Origin: Octopus vulgaris
Taxonomy: Eukaryota
DNA: 64,000 nucleotides
Direction: 5' to 3'
Assembly (NCBI GenBank): GCA_951406725.2
Contig: OX597824.1
Span: 89,280,001 to 89,344,000 of the forward strand
A program made the position numbers and the translations under genes. The notes under the pieces are model-generated. The model was given only the letters and a program-made list of their open reading frames with translations, was not told where the DNA came from and ran no database searches. Positions 57,560-64,000 of this stretch are shown piece by piece (within the stretch, counting starts at the first letter, position 1; every line of letters begins with the position of its first letter).

Positions 57560-57891
57560 GCACACACACGCACACACACACACACGCACACACACATACA
57601 CACAAGAACACACGTACACACACGTACACACATACACACACGTACACACACGTACATACACGCGCGCGCGCGAACACTCAAACATCGAGCAGAAAGGAAC
57701 GGGAGTCAAACAAACTCTAGAAATATGAAAGTTCATGATTATCGACATGTGACCCAAAAACCTATTTCCGATAACAATTCTTCAGTGTCTAAAAATTGTC
57801 ATCAATACTATCAGCTTTACACCGCCACCCACCCCCTCCACCGCCAAAACACACATACACACACAGATGGTAATACGCACCTTAATACACG

Positions 57892-57999
<108 letters not shown>

Positions 58000-58010
58000 C
58001 AATGATACAC

Positions 58011-58066
<56 letters not shown>

Positions 58067-58253
58067 TTTTTACTCTTTTACTTGTTTCAGCCATTTTCAC
58101 TGCGGCCATGCTGGAGCACCGCCTTTAGTCGGGCAAATCGACCCCATGACTTATTCTTTGGAAGCCTAGTACTTATTCCATCGGTCTCTTTTGCCGAAAC
58201 GTTAAGTTACGGGGACGTAAACACACCAGCATCAGTTGTCAAGTGATGTTGGG

Positions 58254-58332
<79 letters not shown>

Positions 58333-58769
58333 CGACGGGCTTCCGTCAGTTTCTGTCCACCAAATCCACTAACAAGGCTTTGGTCGGCTCGAGGCTATAG
58401 CAGAAGACACTGGATTTGATGTAATCGACTTCACTCCCTACCCCGAAATTGATGGCCTTGTGTCAAAATTTGAAACCAGTTTCTGTGAGTCTTACTAAAT
58501 GTGTTGAGGGCTTCTTTCTTTCGTTTATACACCTCACTCGTGTATATACACACATTTAATTGTATGTGTGTACGGGTATGGTGTGGATATGTTCGTGTGC
58601 TTGAGCATACGTGTACCACAAAGCGCTGGACAACTTGACGGACATGACAAGGGGTCTTCGTGCAGTGACCATAGTAACTTCACCTCACTCAAATCCTTCT
58701 TCCTAACAACACGAATGAATAATTGTAAACACACATTGCCAACGCCATTATGTCTCCGCATCCGTTAAC

Positions 58770-59385
58770 AGCCACCACCACCACCACCACCACAACCACC
58801 ACCACCGACAACAACAACAACAGCAAGAACAACAACACCATCACCACCACCAACGACGCCCCCGCCGCCATCACCACCACCACCACCATCACCACCACCA
58901 CCACCACCACCACCACCACCACCACAGCCGCCACAACCATCACAACCACCACCACCACCACCAATAACAACAACAACGCTGTGACCACCACCACCAGCAC
59001 CACCACCAACGGCACCACCACCACCACAGCCACCACCACCGCCACCACTACCACCACCGCCGAGGCCACCGCCACCACCACCACCACCACCAATACCACC
59101 ACCACCACCACCACCACCAATACCACCACCACCACGACCAACAACACAGCCGCCGCCGCCGCCACCACCGCCGCCGCCACCACCGCCGCCGCCACCACCG
59201 CCGCCGCCACCACCGCCGCCGCCACCACCGCCGCCGCCACCACCGCCGCCACCACCACCGCCACCACCGCCGCCGCCACCACCGCCGCCGCCACCACCGC
59301 CGCCGCCACCACCGCCGCCGCCAACACCACCACCACCGCCGCCGCCGCCGCCACCGTCACCGCTGCCACCAACAATAACAACAAA
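58770..59385. repeat. GC-rich (ACC)n/(GCC)n tract with 15-bp periodicity GCCACCACCGCCGCC
   Basis: Read directly. Confidence 0.9.
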
Positions 59386-59513
59386 ATTAGCGAGACAACC
59401 ACCTGATAAATCACCATAATGAAGTACACACCCCACACACAGTTGCCAGGTTATACACAATGTTGTTAACAGTCCACCCTAATACCGAGATTATAATCTT
59501 CTTATCAACCATA

Positions 59514-59558
<45 letters not shown>

Positions 59559-59824
59559 TATGTGTGTGTGTTGACAGAAGGCACGTGGCTGAGTGGTTGG
59601 GGTATTTGGTTGACGATCGTAAGGCCGAGAGTTCGACACCCGACCCGGTGGCACGTTGTGTCTCCGAGTAAGACACTTCATTTGCGGCAAAAATGCGTAA
59701 CACCTGCCCTTCAAAGGGGTCAGCTTGGCCGTATTCCATGCCCTGCTGGACCTCCCCTGACATCTACGTTAAGGGGACGCGTGTTTGTGGAGCAGGCTGT
59801 TCCGTTGATCAAAATCAAATTAGA

Positions 59825-60213
59825 TGGATGGAAGCACTCCGTCGGTTACGACGATGAGGGTTCCGGTTGATCCGAATCAACGGAACAGCCTGCTCGTGAA
59901 ATTAACGTGTAAGTGGCCGAGCACTCCACAGACACGTGCACCCTTAACGTAGTTCTCGGGGATATTCAGCGTGACACAGAGAGTGACAAGGCCGGCCCCT
60001 TGAAATACAGGTACAACAGAAACAGGAAGTAAGAGTGAGAGAAAGTTGTGGTGAAAGAGTACAGCAGGGTTCACCACCATCCCCTGCCGGAGCCTCGTGG
60101 AGCTTTAGGTGTTTTCACTCAATAAACACTCACAACGCCCGGTCTGGGAATCGAAACCGCGATCTTATGACCGCGAGTCCGCTGCCCTAACCACTGGGCC
60201 ATTGCGCCTCCAC
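59825..60213 (-). mobile_element. tRNA-derived SINE with 11-bp TSD, nested in an older + strand SINE
   Basis: Head ggaggcgcaatggcccagtggttagggcagcggactcgcggtc...ggtttcgattcc. TSD ATCAAATTAGA at 59814-59824 and 60214-60224. Relative at 30940-31221(-). Confidence 0.8.
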
Positions 60214-60411
60214 ATCAAATTAGAACACTCCTCGTCGTAACCGACGGAGTGCCAATATGCGAGGGAAAACTGATATATTTTTCGGAGTTATCTAGTCCAA
60301 ATTCCGTCCCTTTGCTTAATAGTTTTACATAAATCTAATCTGTAATGACCCTTGGGTCCATCTAACTCCTGTGTGTGAATTTAGGTAGATAATGTAAAAA
60401 CCTAGATGATA

Positions 60412-60810
60412 GGCGCAGGAATGGCTGTGTGGTAAGTAGCTTGCTAACCAACCACATGGTTCCGGGTTCAGTCCCACTGCGTGGCATCTTGGGCAAGTGT
60501 CTTCTGCTATAGCCCCGAGCCGACCAATGCCTTGTGAGTGGATTTGGTAGACGGAAACTGAAAGAAGCCTTCGTATATATGTATATATATATATGTGTGT
60601 GTGTGTGTTTGTCCCCCTAGCATTGCTTGACAACCGATACTGGTGTGTTTACGTCCCCGTCACTTAGCGGTTCGGCAAAAGAGACCGATAGAATAAGTAC
60701 TGGGCTTACAAAGAATAAGTCTCGGGGTCGATTTGCTCGACTAAAGGCGGTGCTCCAGCATGGCCGCAGTCAAATGACTGAAACAAGTAAAAGAGTAAAA
60801 GAGTAAAGAG
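60412..60810 (+). mobile_element. tRNA-derived SINE, full length
   Basis: Highly similar to 52687-53100 and to the reverse complement of 30410-30803. Confidence 0.8.
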
Positions 60811-61490
60811 ATACACATGGTTAAGTGGTTAAGTTTCCGCTTTTATTTTTCTATATATAGTGCCCAGTTCAATCCCAGCTGCCCCCTGTATACTCGGATA
60901 TATTTCCCAGTTTTCTTGCGTGCAGACATGGCTACGTGGTTAAGAAGCTTGCTTTGCAAACATGTGCTTTCGGGTTCAGTCCTACTGTTTGGCATCTCCT
61001 TCTATAGCCCTGGGTCGACTAATATCTTGTGAGTGAATTTGGTACAAGAAAACTATGCGGAAGCCCGTCTTATTAATGTGTATATGTATTTGTATTTGCT
61101 TCCACCCTCCCCACCGCTAAACAACCTTCGTTGGTTTGCTTACGTCCCTCCAAAACACAACCTCCCCCCCACAAAAAAAAAAAAAAAACAACGGTAGAAT
61201 AAGTGCCAAACTTTTTATAAGAAAGTATTAAGGTTGATTTGTTTAACTAAAACCGTTCAAGGTGGTGCCCCAGCATGGCCGCAGCTCCATGACTAAAACA
61301 AATAAAAAATGAAATATTAGTTCTGCTTCATCAGGTCTGACCTGGGGTTAAATATTAATAGTTAAAGTAATATGACGTAACGCAAATCCTTGTCCATCCG
61401 GCGTTTTATGCTCAGGCATCGCATCAGTGGTTCGAAACCTGGGGTCCGCAACGGTAGTACTGGGGGTCCGTGAACTAAATTCAAAATTTC

Positions 61491-61531
<41 letters not shown>

Positions 61532-61552
61532 CATACATATATATACATACAA

Positions 61553-61587
<35 letters not shown>

Positions 61588-61590
61588 TAT

Positions 61591-61880
61591 GGAGGCGCAT
61601 GGCCTAGTGGTTAGAGCAGCGAATACACGGTCGAGGAATCGCGGGTTCGAATCTCGGACTAGGCGATATGTATGCAAAACACATAATCCACGCTGCTCCA
61701 GCAGAAGGTAATGGCGAACTTCTGCTGACTCTTTCGTCACAATTTTCTCTCACTCTTTCCTCCTGCATCTAGCAGCTCACCTGCGACGGACCGGCGTCCC
61801 GTCCAGGTGGGGAACCCATATGCCAAGAAACCGGAAAACCGGCCCTTATGAGACAGGCATGGATCGAAAAGGAACAAACA
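61591..61880 (+). mobile_element. tRNA-derived SINE
   Basis: ggaggcgcatggcctagtggttagagc...gggttcgaatctc (A and B boxes) followed by a non-tRNA body. Confidence 0.7.
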
Positions 61881-62098
61881 TATATATAATTTTTTTCTAA
61901 ATAGAATTAAGGATAAAATCACGTTAACGATTTTATCAGGTGGTCAGGTTGAAATAAAATCAATCCCCATCGGTAATTTATAAATACTAAAATATATAAT
62001 TATATACATAGTTTACGGTGGTGTTTTATTGTCATTGGCAGCTATTTTTTTTCTGTGTCGGTGAAAGTTTTTTTCTGAATACTTTCATATCATTATGT

Positions 62099-62336
62099 AT
62101 ACTGGCCCAAAAGTAGGTTTACAGTTATTCAACTATCTCTTTCGTATTTATATATCAACAGTTTAGATCTTAATAATTAAAAAAAAAATGGAACCATTAT
62201 TCTATGCTAATTTAGTTAATTTTGTCAAGCTCCCTTTTCAGTTTGTAAGATAGAAATTTAAATGTAATAGCATGCTTTATTAGAAATTTAAAGTGCCTAC
62301 GTGATAACTGTAAATCTATTTTTGGGGCCACCCTTC
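62099..62336. mobile_element. Tc1-like MITE
   Basis: Imperfect TIRs tggcccaaaagtaggtttacagttat / ataactgtaaatctatttttggggcca. Confidence 0.6.
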
Positions 62337-62543
62337 ATATATATATATATATATATAGGGAGAGTTTACGAAAAAAGACGAAGACAGGTGGTGTACAAAA
62401 CAAACAGATGTGTTAGTATAACGCTCAGGTATCGAAAAAGTCTTTTACATTTCGAGCCTACGCTCTTCTACAGAAAGGGACACAGAAAAAACAAGGAAGA
62501 AACAAGGAGAGAGAAAAAGCAGAGAAAAAAAAACAATGAAGAA

Positions 62544-62629
<86 letters not shown>

Positions 62630-62880
62630 ACACACACACATAAGGATAGGCATATCAGAAAACTAAGCTATTTCGGTTGATAACCTCTACACGTTTACGA
62701 ATTTGTGTCGCAAGATTCCTGATGTGAAATCGTGTGTTGAAACAAATTTTCTTGTATTTCGGGACGGTCATTTCGCCAAGTAAACACACGCACTGGGAAT
62801 ACTCATTTAAATAAAAGAGTTGGGAACCCACTGTGAAAAGGATGGGAACCGCTGCATTACAATATTATAGATATTAAGTA

Positions 62881-63095
62881 TTAGGTTGTCCGGAAAGTTC
62901 AGAATGTTTTTAAGCTAAATCTTTTAAGGCCACATTGAACACACCTGAAACGTAACTTACTTGAAATGGTTGTGTATCTATTCTTTTTTTTTCATGACTA
63001 AAAATAAATTTATCTTACATTCCAGCTACCTTTTATTGACATTTGAAATGGATAACCAACAATTTCATTTTCGTGTTGTAATGTTTTTCTTTAAA
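62881..63095 (+). mobile_element. Mariner 5' end fragment
   Basis: TA-TTAGGTTGTCCGGAAAGTTC TIR and MDNQQFHFRVVMFF, related to the 51015 element. Confidence 0.6.
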
Positions 63096-64000
63096 AAACA
63101 AAAAAAATTTTTTTTATGACTAAATGCAAGGGAAATAATTGTGATATTTAAATTGAATTAATTACATACAAGTTATCTCCCATGAAAATTTAATTTTCTC
63201 GTTTCCTTCGACCTGTTTCTCTTAAAGGCAACGAACTAATCTTCATGGCGCAGACCCGGAATACGATTTCTTAATTACTCGAAAACCAGTGATTGCCTGA
63301 TAGTATTCAAATCTTCTTTCTCAGCGCCACTGATATCCTCCAAAAGAGCTTTACCACTTTCTGCTAATAAAACTGGAACACGAAGAGCTTGAACATATAC
63401 GACGCTCTACCAGCTGCGCCAGTCCATTACTCTTGTTAGGTGTGAGGGTATTTCGTCTACCGAAATAGCAGCCAAATCATAATTTTAACTAGGTATCGTC
63501 CTATATATAATGTAGTCGTACATATCTGCAAAACAACGAGATAGAGACACGTGGAACACCAACGTTTCCAGTGCAGTGACAAGACAAAATTGTTTAAGAA
63601 CTGAAAGGGTCGCAGTAAAAGAAAAACAAAATGGTATTATTTACTTCAGTGTATGATACCTTTTCAGTCAGACACCCGTTATTTAAAACAATTATAAGAA
63701 AAAAATCCCTGCATTTTACGCAGGATTCCAGCAGATCCTTGCAATATAATAGCGAGTGGTTTAATGGGAAATAACCATGTGTGTACTAGATAAGCATGTG
63801 ACAGAGTTATCTCCCATGTACAATTGGGCACGCCGAGCCTTTTGACGGTGGCAGAAACGTTAGCACGCCGGACGAAATGCTTTGCGGTATTTCGTCTGCC
63901 GTTACGTTGTGAGTTCAAATTCCGCCGAGGTCGGCTTTGCCTTTCATCCTTTCGGGGTCGATAAATTAAGCATCAGTTACGCAATGGGGTCGATGTAATC

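Larger units (their letters stand above)
61425..62854. mobile_element. Possible hAT non-autonomous element with nested insertions
   Basis: CAGTGGTTCGAAACC...GGGAACCGCTG termini. Flanking 8-mers catcgcat and cattacaa only partly match. Confidence 0.35.

Noticed and set aside
61591-61665. tRNA gene (also the heads at 60140-60211 and 31150-31221)
   Set aside because: A and B boxes are present, but there is no complete acceptor stem and the sequence continues into SINE bodies.

Overview
AT-rich, microsatellite-saturated eukaryotic DNA. The SINE families and repeat landscape suggest an octopus (inference, not verified). Almost all ORFs in the supplied track are microsatellite artefacts. Manual splicing recovers one real gene on the + strand, spanning about 10.5-49.3 kb. 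Its 7 coding exons (10582-10731, 19850-19918, 23705-23941, 34419-34484, 39033-39266, 44804-44920, 47136-47216) are all joined by phase-0 introns, one of which is GC-AG. They encode a 317-aa secreted protein with three tandem cystatin domains: D1 degenerate, D2 with QIVSG, D3 with QLVNG. The promoter and most of exon 1 are duplicated in inverted orientation about 0.6 kb upstream. The most striking non-coding signal is a dense set of short elements, mostly next to (TA)n, that carry minimal type-I hammerhead ribozyme (HHR) motifs. Many are fold-back pairs with an HHR on each strand, and several have non-canonical cores (CCGANGA, CYGUNGA, A-A at the base of stem II). One is a retrozyme-like unit with two identical HHRs 560 nt apart; another is still attached to a Penelope-like GIY-YIG fragment. 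The rest is decayed Penelope-like, Tx1-like, R4/Dong-like and CR1-like retroelements, Tc1/mariner and hAT remnants and MITEs, non-autonomous Helitrons, and tRNA-derived SINEs.
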